In this document: positions 16,837-25,926 of the stretch, in pieces
Numbering within the stretch: position 1 is the stretch's first letter
Layout of the letters: each line of letters begins with the position of its first letter
Assembly (NCBI GenBank): GCA_964372275.1
Contig: CAYJRR010000001.1
Coordinates: 4,962-68,961 of the forward strand
Direction: 5' to 3'
Origin: an uncultured bacterium
Lineage (GTDB): Bacteria > CAYJRR01
Length of the DNA: 64,000 nt
Notes under the pieces: generated by a model
What the model saw: only the letters and a program-made list of their open reading frames with translations
Databases searched by the model: none
What the model was told of the DNA's origin: nothing
Made by a program: the position numbers and the translations under genes

Positions 16837-18999
16837 ATGCACCGACTCGTGTCGGCAGGCGTCTGCCTGCTCGCGATCTTCCGTCTAACGTCCGCTGCCG
16901 GCAGAGAGACCGGCCCGGAACCGTCGCCGCCGACGGACCCGGCAGGATCCCCGACCCCGACGGCGACTGCCGCGCCCATCGCCGAGGCGAAGGCCGAGGA
17001 GCTGGTCGTCACCGCCCGGAAGCCGCTTCAAGCGGCGAGCTCGAAGGAGGTCCGCGATCGCGACTTCCTCCTTCGGCCGCACCCCCGACCGGCCGACGTG
17101 CTGATGGTGACGCCGGGTCTCTACGTCGTGCAGCACGCCGGAGGCGGCAAGGCGAACCAATATTTCCTCCGCGGGTTCGACGCCGATCACGGGACCGACG
17201 TGGCCCTGTCGGTCGACGGCGTCCCGGTCAACATGGTCAGCCACGGTCACGGGCAGGGGTATGCCGACCTCAACTGGTTGATCCCCGAGGTGGTCGAGAC
17301 GATCGAGGTGTCGAAAGGCCCCTACGACGCCTCCCACGGCGATTTCGCCACCGCGGGCGCCGTCAACCTGGTGACGCGCGAGGGGTTCGAGGCTCACCGG
17401 GTCTCCGTCGGCGGAGGGATGTTCGGCACCTACCGCACGCTGCTGGTGACGAGCCCGACGATCCCCGGCTGGAAGCCGTTCGTCGCCGTCGAGCTCCACG
17501 GCACCGACGGCCCCTTCGACCGTCCGGAGCGCCTGCAACGATTCGGTCTGTTCGGAAAGGTCTCGCGCGAGCTCGAGGGGGGATCCTCGTTGTCGCTGGC
17601 GGCCACGGGGTACGGCGCGGGCTGGAACGCCTCCGGGCAGATCCCGTTGCGCGAACTCCGCCGCGGCGACCTGGACCGGTTCGGGACCGTCGACGAGACC
17701 GAGGGCGGCAACTCGGAGCGCTACAGCCTCTACGGCTCCTGGAGGGCCCGCGGCGCGGCCGGAGACGAGATGGAGCTCTTGGCCTATGCCGCGTCGTACC
17801 GCCTGAGCCTCTTCTCGAACTTCACCTTCTTCCGCCGCGATCGGGTGAACGGCGACCAGATCGAGCAGCAGGACCGGCGGACCCTGTTCGGCGTCGCCGG
17901 TCGCTGGCGCCGGCAGCGGTTGATCGGGGCGACCGTCTTCGACACGACGCTCGGCTTCCGCACCCGCACCGACCGCATCGAGAACGGCCTTTACCGCGAC
18001 CGGGAGCGGGAACGGATGGCGACCGTCGTCGACGCGTCGATCGACGAAGCGTCGCTGGGGGTCCACGCGCAAGAGGAGATCGTCTGGACGCCGTGGCTTC
18101 GCACCGTGGTCGGCGGGCGCGTCGATCGCGTCGACTTCCGGGTCGACGACCGTCTCGAGGATCTCTCGACGCAGGAGACGCGCACCTCCGGCGTGGCGCA
18201 GAAGACGCTCCTCAGCCCCAAGGCGTCGGCGATCCTCTCGCCGCTCCGCGACACCGACCTCTTCCTGAACGTCGGCACCGGATTCCATTCAAACGACGCC
18301 CGCGGCGTGGTGCGCGGGCAGGATGCCGTCACGCCGCTCACGCGCGCGATCGGCTACGAGCTCGGCGCGCGGACCCGTCTCCTCGACCGCGTCGACCTGG
18401 CCGCCGCCCTGTTCCGGATCGATCTCGACAGCGAGATCGTGTGGGTCGGCGATGAAGGGGTCACCGAGGCGAGCGGGGCGACGCGCCGCGACGGCGTCGA
18501 GATCGAAGCGCGCGCGCGCCTCCTGCCGTGGCTCTTCGCCGATGCCGACGCCAACTTCGTTCGCGCGGAGTTCACGCGGAACCCGGGGAACGCCGACGCC
18601 GTCGCACTCGCGCCGACGCGCCTGGTATCGGGAGGGATCTCGGCCCGGCATCCCGCCGGCTGGTACGGCCGCCTGGGCGCCCTGCACATCGGCGACCGTC
18701 CCGCGACCGAAGACCGCTTCCTGACCGCCGAAGGGTTCACCCGTGTCGACCTCTCCGCCGGCTACCGTCGCGGCCGCTGGGAGGTCTCCACGTCGGTGCA
18801 GAACCTGACGAACACCGAATGGCGGGAGGCCCAGTTCGCCACCGTCTCCCGTCTGGCGGACGAAGAGACCGCCGCCGACTGCCCGCCCGGCACGCGCGCC
18901 CGCGCCGACGGCGGCGGCGCCTTCGACGGCTGCGAAGACCTCCACTTCACCCCCGGCGCCCCGATCAACGTCCAGGCGACCGCGACGCTCCACTTCTGA
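16837..18999 (+). CDS. TonB-dependent outer-membrane receptor
   Basis: Signal peptide, then plug-domain motifs (DVLMVTPGLYV, ANQYFLRGFDADHGTDVALSVDGVP, ETIEVSKGPYDASHG). It is 720 aa and ends in a C-terminal F. Confidence 0.85.
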   Translation: MHRLVSAGVCLLAIFRLTSAAGRETGPEPSPPTDPAGSPTPTATAAPIAEAKAEELVVTARKPLQAASSKEVRDRDFLLRPHPRPADVLMVTPGLYVVQHAGGGKANQYFLRGFDADHGTDVALSVDGVPVNMVSHGHGQGYADLNWLIPEVVETIEVSKGPYDASHGDFATAGAVNLVTREGFEAHRVSVGGGMFGTYRTLLVTSPTIPGWKPFVAVELHGTDGPFDRPERLQRFGLFGKVSRELEGGSSLSLAATGYGAGWNASGQIPLRELRRGDLDRFGTVDETEGGNSERYSLYGSWRARGAAGDEMELLAYAASYRLSLFSNFTFFRRDRVNGDQIEQQDRRTLFGVAGRWRRQRLIGATVFDTTLGFRTRTDRIENGLYRDRERERMATVVDASIDEASLGVHAQEEIVWTPWLRTVVGGRVDRVDFRVDDRLEDLSTQETRTSGVAQKTLLSPKASAILSPLRDTDLFLNVGTGFHSNDARGVVRGQDAVTPLTRAIGYELGARTRLLDRVDLAAALFRIDLDSEIVWVGDEGVTEASGATRRDGVEIEARARLLPWLFADADANFVRAEFTRNPGNADAVALAPTRLVSGGISARHPAGWYGRLGALHIGDRPATEDRFLTAEGFTRVDLSAGYRRGRWEVSTSVQNLTNTEWREAQFATVSRLADEETAADCPPGTRARADGGGAFDGCEDLHFTPGAPINVQATATLHF

Positions 19000-19038
19000 A
19001 CGCATGGTGGCCGGCCCGGATGCTCTAGAATCGGGCGG

Positions 19039-20190
19039 TTGGTCGGGCGCGTCCTCCGGTACGTCTTCGCGCGCGTCTACTTCCGGTGGACCCTACGGAA
19101 GCCGTTGCAGTTGCGCTCCCGGCGCCCCCGCCGCAAGGATCCCGAGATCCCCTACACCGGCTGCTTCTGGTCGGGCCGCTGGTGGAAGGGGTACGTGGAG
19201 GGGATCCCCTTCGCGGTTCATCCGGTGGAGTTCCGCCGAGGGGGGATCCGTGGACAGCTCTTTCTGGGCGCCTTCGACTACGACTGGAACACCGGCTTCT
19301 TCCGGGACGGTGAAGGGGCGCCGCTCGTCCACGACGACGGTCTCACGCCACGCCCGCCGCACCCGGAGCTGGAGTGCGCCGCCGTCCACGACGCCGTGCC
19401 GCGGCTGAGCCCGGCCGTCCGGCACATCGCCTTCGGCCACCGCGGGATCGCCGTCTCCAAATACGGTCCGGCGTCCCTGGAGACCTTCCGTTCCGACCTC
19501 GATCTCCTCGCGGGCGTCGTGAAGGCGCTCCAGTCGCGCACCGATCCGCCGCTGGTGGCCGCCGTCGAGAGGGGCGACGTCGACCGGGCGCAGCGCCTCC
19601 TCGGCGCAGGGGAGGATCCGAATCGCGTCGGCCCCTTCCAACACACCCACCGCGCGTTCGGTCGCACGGGGTTCAAGGCGCCGCTGCACCTGGCGGCCGA
19701 CGCCGGAAACACGGCGATGGTGCGCGCGCTCCTCGACGCCGGGGCCCGCCTGGAGGACGTGCCGTTGGCGCTGGCCTTCGCGATCGAGCACGGCCACCTC
19801 GATACGGCGCGTCTGCTCGCGACCCGGATCGCGAGACAAATGGAGTTCCATCGGAGCCTGGACTGCGTCCTCTGGCTGGCGCCACCGCCGCTGGACGAGA
19901 CGAACGCGCTCGACCTTGCCAGTCGCAAAGGGAACCTGGAGATGGTCCGGATGCTCCTCGAGGCGGGAGCGAGCCCGTCGGCGGCACCGCGTTTCCGGGG
20001 GATCGCCTACCCGAATCTCGACCCGTGGCGCAGCGCCGCCGGGCCGGACCGACAGGCGATTCGCGAGGCGATCACCGTCGCCCGGGTCGGCCGGTCGCCC
20101 GAAGGAGGACTCTCGCTGGCGACGACGTCCGGCGCCGCGGGCGCCTTGTCCCCTCCGGCCGCCGACGGCGCGCTCTCCCTGAAGCGCTAG
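19039..20190 (+). CDS. ankyrin-repeat protein with an unknown N-terminal domain and the shared C-terminal 'GLSLA...GALSxP...GALS' tail
   Basis: ANK repeats (PLHLAADAGNTAMVRALLDAGARLED, ALAFAIEHGHLDTARLL, LDLASRKGNLEMVRMLLEAGASP). The tail is [34 protein letters not shown] or other alternative start is likely. Confidence 0.6.
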   Translation: MVGRVLRYVFARVYFRWTLRKPLQLRSRRPRRKDPEIPYTGCFWSGRWWKGYVEGIPFAVHPVEFRRGGIRGQLFLGAFDYDWNTGFFRDGEGAPLVHDDGLTPRPPHPELECAAVHDAVPRLSPAVRHIAFGHRGIAVSKYGPASLETFRSDLDLLAGVVKALQSRTDPPLVAAVERGDVDRAQRLLGAGEDPNRVGPFQHTHRAFGRTGFKAPLHLAADAGNTAMVRALLDAGARLEDVPLALAFAIEHGHLDTARLLATRIARQMEFHRSLDCVLWLAPPPLDETNALDLASRKGNLEMVRMLLEAGASPSAAPRFRGIAYPNLDPWRSAAGPDRQAIREAITVARVGRSPEGGLSLATTSGAAGALSPPAADGALSLKR

Positions 20191-21428
20191 CGATCCACGC
20201 CCTTCTTCGCGTCAGGCAGCGACAGCGCCGCCGCCGGGGCGGCGAGGGTGACCTGGCCGCCGGTGCCAGCGTCGGCGATCGCCAGGCTCCCGGCGTGGTC
20301 GTGGAGGATCCGTTCGGCCCGCTCGCGGACGCTGCCGGCGGCGCCCGTCTCGACCAGGTGACGGGCCGCGCGGTGGCGGACGCGGGGATCGGCGTCCTCC
20401 ATCGCCCGTTCGCTCGTCGACCGCGCGAGGTTCGCCGCGGCGGTCGCGCCCCGAAGCAGCGCGTCGAGGTTCGCCAGCCGCACCCCCGGCTCCGGGTCGG
20501 CGAGGGCGTTGTGCGCGAGCCGGGAGAGGGGCCACGCCGCGTCGCCGTCCGATCCCGCGGGAAGGAGAGCGGTCAACGTCACCAGCTCGTCAACCATCCC
20601 CGGCAGTCCACGACCGCCGCCGCGCGAGGAGATCCGATGGCGCGCGCGCAGCCGCCCTCCCCCGACCACCACCCCGGCCTGCAACGCCTCCGCGAGCGCC
20701 ATCCGCACCGGTCGGGTCAGCAGGGCGAGCGCCGTCGCCTCGTCGCCCCGAAGGAACGCGAGGTCGTCGAACGCGGCGTCGCCGGTGACGACCTGCTCCT
20801 TCCGCAACGCGGCGCGGAGCCCCGTCGTCGAGCCCTCGCGCTCGATCGCCAGGTCCCCCCATCGCGCGTCCCCCACCTCGACCCACGCCTCGCCCCCCTC
20901 CAGCGCGCGCAGAAGGACGGGAACGCCGCGAACCTCGCCGCGCGCCTCCGGCATCCGGAAGTAGCGCTGGCGCGTGGCAAGTCCCAGTCGATGCGAGGCC
21001 TCCGCCAGCGCGCGACCCGCCGCTCCGCCGAGCGCGCCGGCGTGCAGGAAGCCGGCGCCGACCGCCATCACCAGCAACCCGAACGCGAAGCCGACGAATC
21101 GCGCGAAGATCCCGGCGCCCGACTCCTCCGGCATCGCCCCGGCGAGCATCAGCCCCATGCCGAAGACGAGCGCGCCGATGGTGATCCCGCCGTGCCCCGG
21201 CGTGAGGCGGACGAAGCTCCCCACGATCCCCCAGAGCCCGCCGACCACCATCAGGGCCGCCCCGATCGCGTGCGCCACCGTCCCGATCGGACCCAGCGGC
21301 GGTTCGATGTCGTGGTGGAGGACCCCCCAGACCCAGATCGATCCGAAGACGACTCCGAACAACCCGATGCAGCCCGCCCCCTGATTCAGCCCCGCCGCCT
21401 CGCCCTGGATCTGCTCGCGCCAGCCCAT
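20187..21428 (-). CDS. membrane protein (four N-terminal TM helices) with a cytoplasmic HEAT/ARM-like repeat domain and the shared C-terminal tail
   Basis: TM helices GCIGLFGVVFGSIWVWGVL ... FAFGLLVMAVGAGFL. Cytoplasmic helical repeats follow (DPRVRHRAARHLVETGAAGSVRERAERIL). The tail is HAGSLAIADAGTGGQVTLAAPAAALSLPDAKKGVDR. Confidence 0.55.
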   Translation of the reverse strand: MGWREQIQGEAAGLNQGAGCIGLFGVVFGSIWVWGVLHHDIEPPLGPIGTVAHAIGAALMVVGGLWGIVGSFVRLTPGHGGITIGALVFGMGLMLAGAMPEESGAGIFARFVGFAFGLLVMAVGAGFLHAGALGGAAGRALAEASHRLGLATRQRYFRMPEARGEVRGVPVLLRALEGGEAWVEVGDARWGDLAIEREGSTTGLRAALRKEQVVTGDAAFDDLAFLRGDEATALALLTRPVRMALAEALQAGVVVGGGRLRARHRISSRGGGRGLPGMVDELVTLTALLPAGSDGDAAWPLSRLAHNALADPEPGVRLANLDALLRGATAAANLARSTSERAMEDADPRVRHRAARHLVETGAAGSVRERAERILHDHAGSLAIADAGTGGQVTLAAPAAALSLPDAKKGVDR

Positions 21429-21465
21429 CCGGGCGATACGATACTACCGGCCGTACAATCGATCG

Positions 21466-21984
21466 GTGCGTCTGGTGCCGACCTCAAAGCTGCTGGGGTG
21501 CCTCTATCCGATCGCCTGGCTCGTTCTGATGTGCGGAGGGATCGGAGGGGCGTTCGCCGTGGTGCCCTACGTCTTCGACGGCTCACCGTACGCGCTTCTC
21601 TTTCTGCCTGCGTTCGGAGCGGGACCGGCGTTGATCTACCTGCTCGCACTCGTTTGGCGCGTGATTCCGGCGCGGTGCCAACGTCCCGGATGCCCGGGGC
21701 TCGCGTATCTCCACGGAGACTTCCAGTATCGGTGCGCTCTCTGCGGATTCGACAACACCGACACGGCCGGAAAGATGTCCGGGAACTGGCGCCCGGACTG
21801 GATCGAGCGACTCTCGCACGAGCGCATCGCCCCCGTGCTCCGATCGCTCTCGCGACGTCACCCGGAGGGCCGGCTTTCGCTCGCCCAACCCCGATCGGAG
21901 GGGGCGTTGAGCGAGCCCGCACAGCCCGGGGCCGTCTCGGTGTCGACGGAGCGGGTCGAAGGCTCCCGCGAGGCTCCTGAGTAG
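21466..21984 (+). CDS. membrane-anchored zinc-ribbon protein (paralog 1) with the shared C-terminal tail
   Basis: Two or three TM helices, then CQRPGCPGLAYLHGDFQYRCALCGFDN (C-x4-C ... C-x2-C). The tail is HPEGRLSLAQPRSEGALSEPAQPGAVSVSTERVE. Confidence 0.6.
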   Translation: MRLVPTSKLLGCLYPIAWLVLMCGGIGGAFAVVPYVFDGSPYALLFLPAFGAGPALIYLLALVWRVIPARCQRPGCPGLAYLHGDFQYRCALCGFDNTDTAGKMSGNWRPDWIERLSHERIAPVLRSLSRRHPEGRLSLAQPRSEGALSEPAQPGAVSVSTERVEGSREAPE

Positions 21985-21988
21985 GGAC

Positions 21989-22480
21989 GTGAGCCCTCGG
22001 CGAAAAATTGCCCTGCTCTCCGAACCGGTGGCGATCGCCGCTTTCCTGGCAGGCGGCCTCGGCGGTCTGCTCCTCGGCATGCAACTCGTTCACGTCCATC
22101 CGCTCATCGGGCTCGTCGCAGGCTGCATCGGCATGCTGGTCGGAAGCATCATCCCGCCGTTCGTGCTCGACCTCGTCATCACTCTCCTTCCGTCCAGGTG
22201 TTCCACATGCGGCGTACGGTCGGCGTACGAGATCGACGGAGGGTGGTTCGCGTGCACGAAATGTGGAGCCCGCTGGCACCTGAACGCCGGGGACGTGGGG
22301 GCCGATTTCCCTGCGTCCATCGTCCTCACCCGGGCGAAGGTCGTTCGCGCATTGGCACGGCTGCGTGGGACGCCCCACGGCAGAGTCTCGCTTGCCGCAC
22401 CCGATGCACCGCCTGACGGAGCCCTCAGCGAGCCAAACCGCGATGGAGCGCTTTCCACGCCCGATACCGACGAGGATTGA
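21989..22480 (+). CDS. membrane-anchored zinc-ribbon protein (paralog 2) with the shared C-terminal tail
   Basis: Same architecture: TM helices, then CSTCGVRSAYEIDGGWFACTKCG. The tail is TPHGRVSLAAPDAPPDGALSEPNRDGALSTPDTDED. This is a tandem duplicate of 21466..21984. Confidence 0.6.
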   Translation: MSPRRKIALLSEPVAIAAFLAGGLGGLLLGMQLVHVHPLIGLVAGCIGMLVGSIIPPFVLDLVITLLPSRCSTCGVRSAYEIDGGWFACTKCGARWHLNAGDVGADFPASIVLTRAKVVRALARLRGTPHGRVSLAAPDAPPDGALSEPNRDGALSTPDTDED

Positions 22481-22506
22481 GCGCACCCTCGAACCGCCTC
22501 TACGAA

Positions 22507-22581
22507 TGGCTGGGGAGGGTGGATTCGAACCACCGGATGTCGGCTCCAAAGGCCGATGCCTTACCGCTTGGCGACTCCCCA
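22507..22581 (-). tRNA. tRNA-Gln (anticodon TTG)
   Basis: The minus strand reads TGGGGAG-TC-GCC-AAGCGGTAA-GGC-A-TCGGC-CTTTGGA-GCCGA-CATCC-GGTGG-TTCGAAT-CCACC-CTCCCCA-G-CCA. Acceptor, D, anticodon and T stems all pair. The anticodon UUG sits in loop C-U-UUG-G-A. CCA is encoded. Confidence 0.85.
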
Positions 22582-22646
22582 AGGGACGACGGCGGAGAAT
22601 AGCACTTCGCGTTGGGGCTCGGAGCGAGAGCGGATACCGTCGCGAC

Positions 22647-23624
22647 GTGCGGGCGCTGGTCGTCGGGGCGGGGGCGGTGGGTCGGGTGTACGGGCGGCAT
22701 CTCGCGCTCGGCGGGGCGGAGGTCTCCTTCCTGGTGAAGGAGGCGCACCTCGAGGCGTGCCGCCGGGGGTTCACCTTCTACCCGCTCAACCGGCGAGGGG
22801 AGCAGCGGCGGGAGCCGGTCGGGTGGCGGGCGTACGGGCTGCTCGTCGAGAGGGAGATCGCGTCGACGCGATGGGACGAGATCTACCTCGCCACCTCCTC
22901 GACGGCGCTGCGCGATCGGTGGATCGGGCGCCTCGCCGAGACCGGGGAGGCGACGGTCGTCCTCCTCCAGCCGGGGCCCGACGACCGGGCGCGGCTCCAG
23001 GCGGTCGTCGGGCCGGAGCGCCTGGTGCAAGGAGTGCTCTCGCTCCTCGCCTACGCGGCGCCCCTCCCGGGTGAGACCCGCTTCCCGCGCCCCGGGATCG
23101 CCTACTGGTTTCCGCCCGCGGCGGCGCCGTTCGACGGGCCGCCCGATCGACGCGCCGCGGTGGTGCGCGCGCTGCGCGCCGGCGGCCTCCCGGCGCGCGC
23201 GGCCGCCGACGCGACGCGCGAGGCGGCGTTCGCCACCGCGACGATGATGCCGCTGCTGGTCGCGCTCGAAGCGGCGGGCTGGTCGTTCGCGCGCCTGTTC
23301 TCGGCGGCGGAGCGGCCGCGCCTCCGCACCGCCTTCGCGGCGGCGCGCGAGGCCCGCGCCGTCGTCGCACGCACCCGCGGCCGCCGCCCGCCGCCGCTGC
23401 TCGCGCTCCTCGCCCGCCCTCTCCCCTTGCGGCTGGCGATCGCCGCCGGGCGCCGGACCGTGCCGCTCGACCTCGAGACCTACCTCTCGGTCCACTTCAC
23501 CAAGGTCGGCGACCAGACGCGCGCGCTGATCGGCGACTACCTCGCGCACGCGCGCGCGCTCGGGATCGACGCGCCGAACCTCGAGGCGATCGCGCGCGAG
23601 GCGCCTACTCCCCCTGGGCGATGA
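22647..23624 (+). CDS. 2-dehydropantoate 2-reductase (ketopantoate reductase)-family NAD(P)-binding protein
   Basis: GTG start giving (M)RALVVGAGAVGRVYGRHLALGGAEVSFLV, a Rossmann GxGxxG. KPR-like length and C-terminal helical domain. Upstream ORF text overlapping the tRNA is spurious. Confidence 0.6.
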   Translation: MRALVVGAGAVGRVYGRHLALGGAEVSFLVKEAHLEACRRGFTFYPLNRRGEQRREPVGWRAYGLLVEREIASTRWDEIYLATSSTALRDRWIGRLAETGEATVVLLQPGPDDRARLQAVVGPERLVQGVLSLLAYAAPLPGETRFPRPGIAYWFPPAAAPFDGPPDRRAAVVRALRAGGLPARAAADATREAAFATATMMPLLVALEAAGWSFARLFSAAERPRLRTAFAAAREARAVVARTRGRRPPPLLALLARPLPLRLAIAAGRRTVPLDLETYLSVHFTKVGDQTRALIGDYLAHARALGIDAPNLEAIAREAPTPPGR

Positions 23625-24504
23625 AGACGCGGGTGCCGCTGCCCTGAAGGACCGACTCGAGCGCGCGGCGGGCGTCGTCGGCGGCGGGGAGATCGGGGAA
23701 GAGGCCGAAGACGGTCGGGCCGCTGCCGGACATCTGGGCGGCGGCAGCGCCGAGGGAGAGGAGGCGGCCCTTGAGCGTCGCGATCTCGGGGTGGCGCGCG
23801 GAGACGACCGGCTCGAGGTCGTTGCGCAGCGAGCGCACCAGCCCCTCGAAGGTGGAGAGGTCGGCGAACGACTGGGCATCCGCCGGCGCGCGGGACGACA
23901 ACGGAGGGAATCTCGCTTCGTCGAACGCCCACGCGGTCGAGACCTCGAATCCGGGATTGGCGAGGACGTACCACGCCGGCGCGGGGTTCGGCACCGGCTC
24001 GAGGATCTCGCCGACGCCGCGGCCGACCGCCATCCGCATCGCCTCGCCGCGCGCATCGCGCTCCTTGAGCAGCGCAAGCGTGAAGAACGGAACGTCGGCG
24101 CCGAGGTCCCGCGCGGTGGTCAAGAGCGCGGCGGGACCGATCCCGAGGCCCAACGCTTCGTTGACGGCGATCAAGGTGGCGGCAGCGTCGGAGGAGCCGC
24201 CGCCGAGTCCGCCGCCGACCGGGATCCCCTTGTGCAGGCGGATCGAGACCCCCGCCGCGGAGCCGGCCGTCTCGAGCGCGGCGGCGGCGGCGCGCCAGGC
24301 GAGGTTCCGGTCGTCGTTCGGGACCGTCTTGTCGACGCACGTGAGCTCGATGCCGGTGCGCGGCCTCGTCGCGACCTGCACCAGGTCGGAGAGCGAGAGG
24401 CGATCGAAGACGGTCGTCAGCTCGTGGTAGCCGTCGGGGCGGCGGCCGTGGACGCGCAGGTGCAGGTTCACCTTGGCGCGGGCGCGGAGCGTCCGTTCGC
24501 TCAT
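23605..24504 (-). CDS. ispE: 4-(cytidine 5'-diphospho)-2-C-methyl-D-erythritol kinase
   Basis: MSERTLRARAKVNLHLRVHGRRPDGYHEL... GHMP-kinase motif GIPVGGGLGGGSSDAAATL. Confidence 0.88.
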   Translation of the reverse strand: MSERTLRARAKVNLHLRVHGRRPDGYHELTTVFDRLSLSDLVQVATRPRTGIELTCVDKTVPNDDRNLAWRAAAAALETAGSAAGVSIRLHKGIPVGGGLGGGSSDAAATLIAVNEALGLGIGPAALLTTARDLGADVPFFTLALLKERDARGEAMRMAVGRGVGEILEPVPNPAPAWYVLANPGFEVSTAWAFDEARFPPLSSRAPADAQSFADLSTFEGLVRSLRNDLEPVVSARHPEIATLKGRLLSLGAAAAQMSGSGPTVFGLFPDLPAADDARRALESVLQGSGTRVFIAQGE

Positions 24505-25926
24505 CGGACCGGCTCCGGCGAGGGCGGCGGCTCGTCGTCCGGCGCGCGGTCGAGCAGCAGCTGGAACTCGCGGATCCCGGCGAGCGCGCGCAGCTCGGGC
24601 TGCGCGCGGACCTCGTCGGCGCGGAAGCCGCCGGCGCGCGCGAGACGTCCCAGCCACGCGATCGCCCGCGATCGCTCCCCGCGCGCGGCGTCGAGGCGGG
24701 CCAGGTCGAGCATCGCGCGCGGGTCGACGCGCTCCTCCCGCCCGAGCGGGTCGAGCAGGCGCGCCGCCTCCTCGTACTCCTTCCGGTCGATGCGCAACCG
24801 CCCGGCGAGCTCGCGCGCGGCGGCGTGGTCGGGCTCGGCGCGAAGCACCTCCGCCAGGTCCTCGAGCGCCGCGTCGACCCGGTTCGCGCCGGCCCTCGCC
24901 CGCGCGCGCAGGTGCAGCGCCGGCACGCGCTCCCCGGGATCGAGCGCGCGCGCGAGGTACGGATCGAGGATCTCGATCGCCGGGTCGTACTTCCCTTCCT
25001 CGAAGAGGGCGGCGGCGAGGAGGTAGGTCGCGCGCGCATCGCCCGGACGGCGCGCCAGCGCCTCGCGGAAGCGCGCGGCGGCGAAGGCGGGCTTGCGCTG
25101 CGCCAGGAACGCCTGCCCGACCAGGACGTGCGGCTCGTGGCGCGCCGGCGCGCGGCGCTCCGCTTCGCGCAGAACCTCGAGGGCGCGGTCGAACCGCCCC
25201 TGGTTCACCAGCATCTCGCCGTAGGCGATCCCGACCTGCGGGTCGAGCGGCGCCCGCTCGTAGGCCTCGGCCAGGACGACCAAGCGGCGCTCGTACTCCC
25301 GCTTCGTCGCGAGGAGGTCGGCCAGCTCCAACCGCTCGGCGATCGCTCCGGGATTGCGCTCGATGGCGCGGAGGAACCCCGCGACCGCGGCGTCGACCTC
25401 CCCCTTGGCGGCGTGGACGCGCGCCCCGGCGGCCTGCGCCAGGGCGAGGTTCGGATCGCGGGCGATAGCCTCCGTCGCCGCCGCCTCGGCGCCGGGGAGG
25501 TCGCCCCGCTCCAAGGCGAGCATCGCCCGGTTCGCCGCCGGGAGCGCGGAGGCCGGATGGCGCTCCGCGGCGGCGCGGTAGAGGGCGTCGGCCGCGTCGG
25601 CCCGTCCGGCGGCGCGCTCGACGCCCGCGGCCAACATCATCACGGTGAGCGCCGTCGGATCGGCGGCGGTGGCCCGGGCGGCATCGGAGCGCGCGCCGCC
25701 GAGATCGCCCGCGTAGAGGCGCGAGGCCCCCGCCGAGACGCACGCGGCGGCGATCGGCGTCCGCCGCCGACAGGCGCGATCCCAGATCCGGCGCGCCCCG
25801 TCGACATCACCGGAGGCGGCGCGCGCGTCGCCGGCGGCGACCGGATCGCCGGGTCCGCGCGCGAGGTAGGCGGCCACCACCCCCACGGCGGCGACGACCG
25901 ACGCGGCGGCGAGGAGGCGGTGCATC
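24501..25926 (-). CDS. TPR-repeat protein with an N-terminal membrane anchor
   Basis: MHRLLAAASVVAAVGVVAAYLA, then multiple TPR units (AIERNPGAIAERLELADLLATKREYERRL, AQRKPAFAAARFREALARRP...). It overlaps the ispE start by 4 nt. Confidence 0.65.

Noticed and set aside
15535-16842. 435-aa minus-strand ORF over the Cys-rich lipoprotein, Tat/YHS and His-rich region
   Set aside because: Arg-rich with no motifs. The plus-strand small ORFs have RBS, signal peptides and domain content.
18960-22600. tRNA-Gln-associated genomic island with integrase and direct repeat
   Set aside because: No integrase or recombinase gene is present. I could not find a repeat of the tRNA 3' end at the far side of the cluster. 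The island idea is kept only as a hypothesis inside the tail-motif finding.
22365-22646. Upstream extension of the ketopantoate-reductase-like ORF that runs across the tRNA-Gln gene
   Set aside because: It overlaps a well-folded tRNA on the opposite strand. A GTG at 22647 gives the canonical Rossmann N-terminus.
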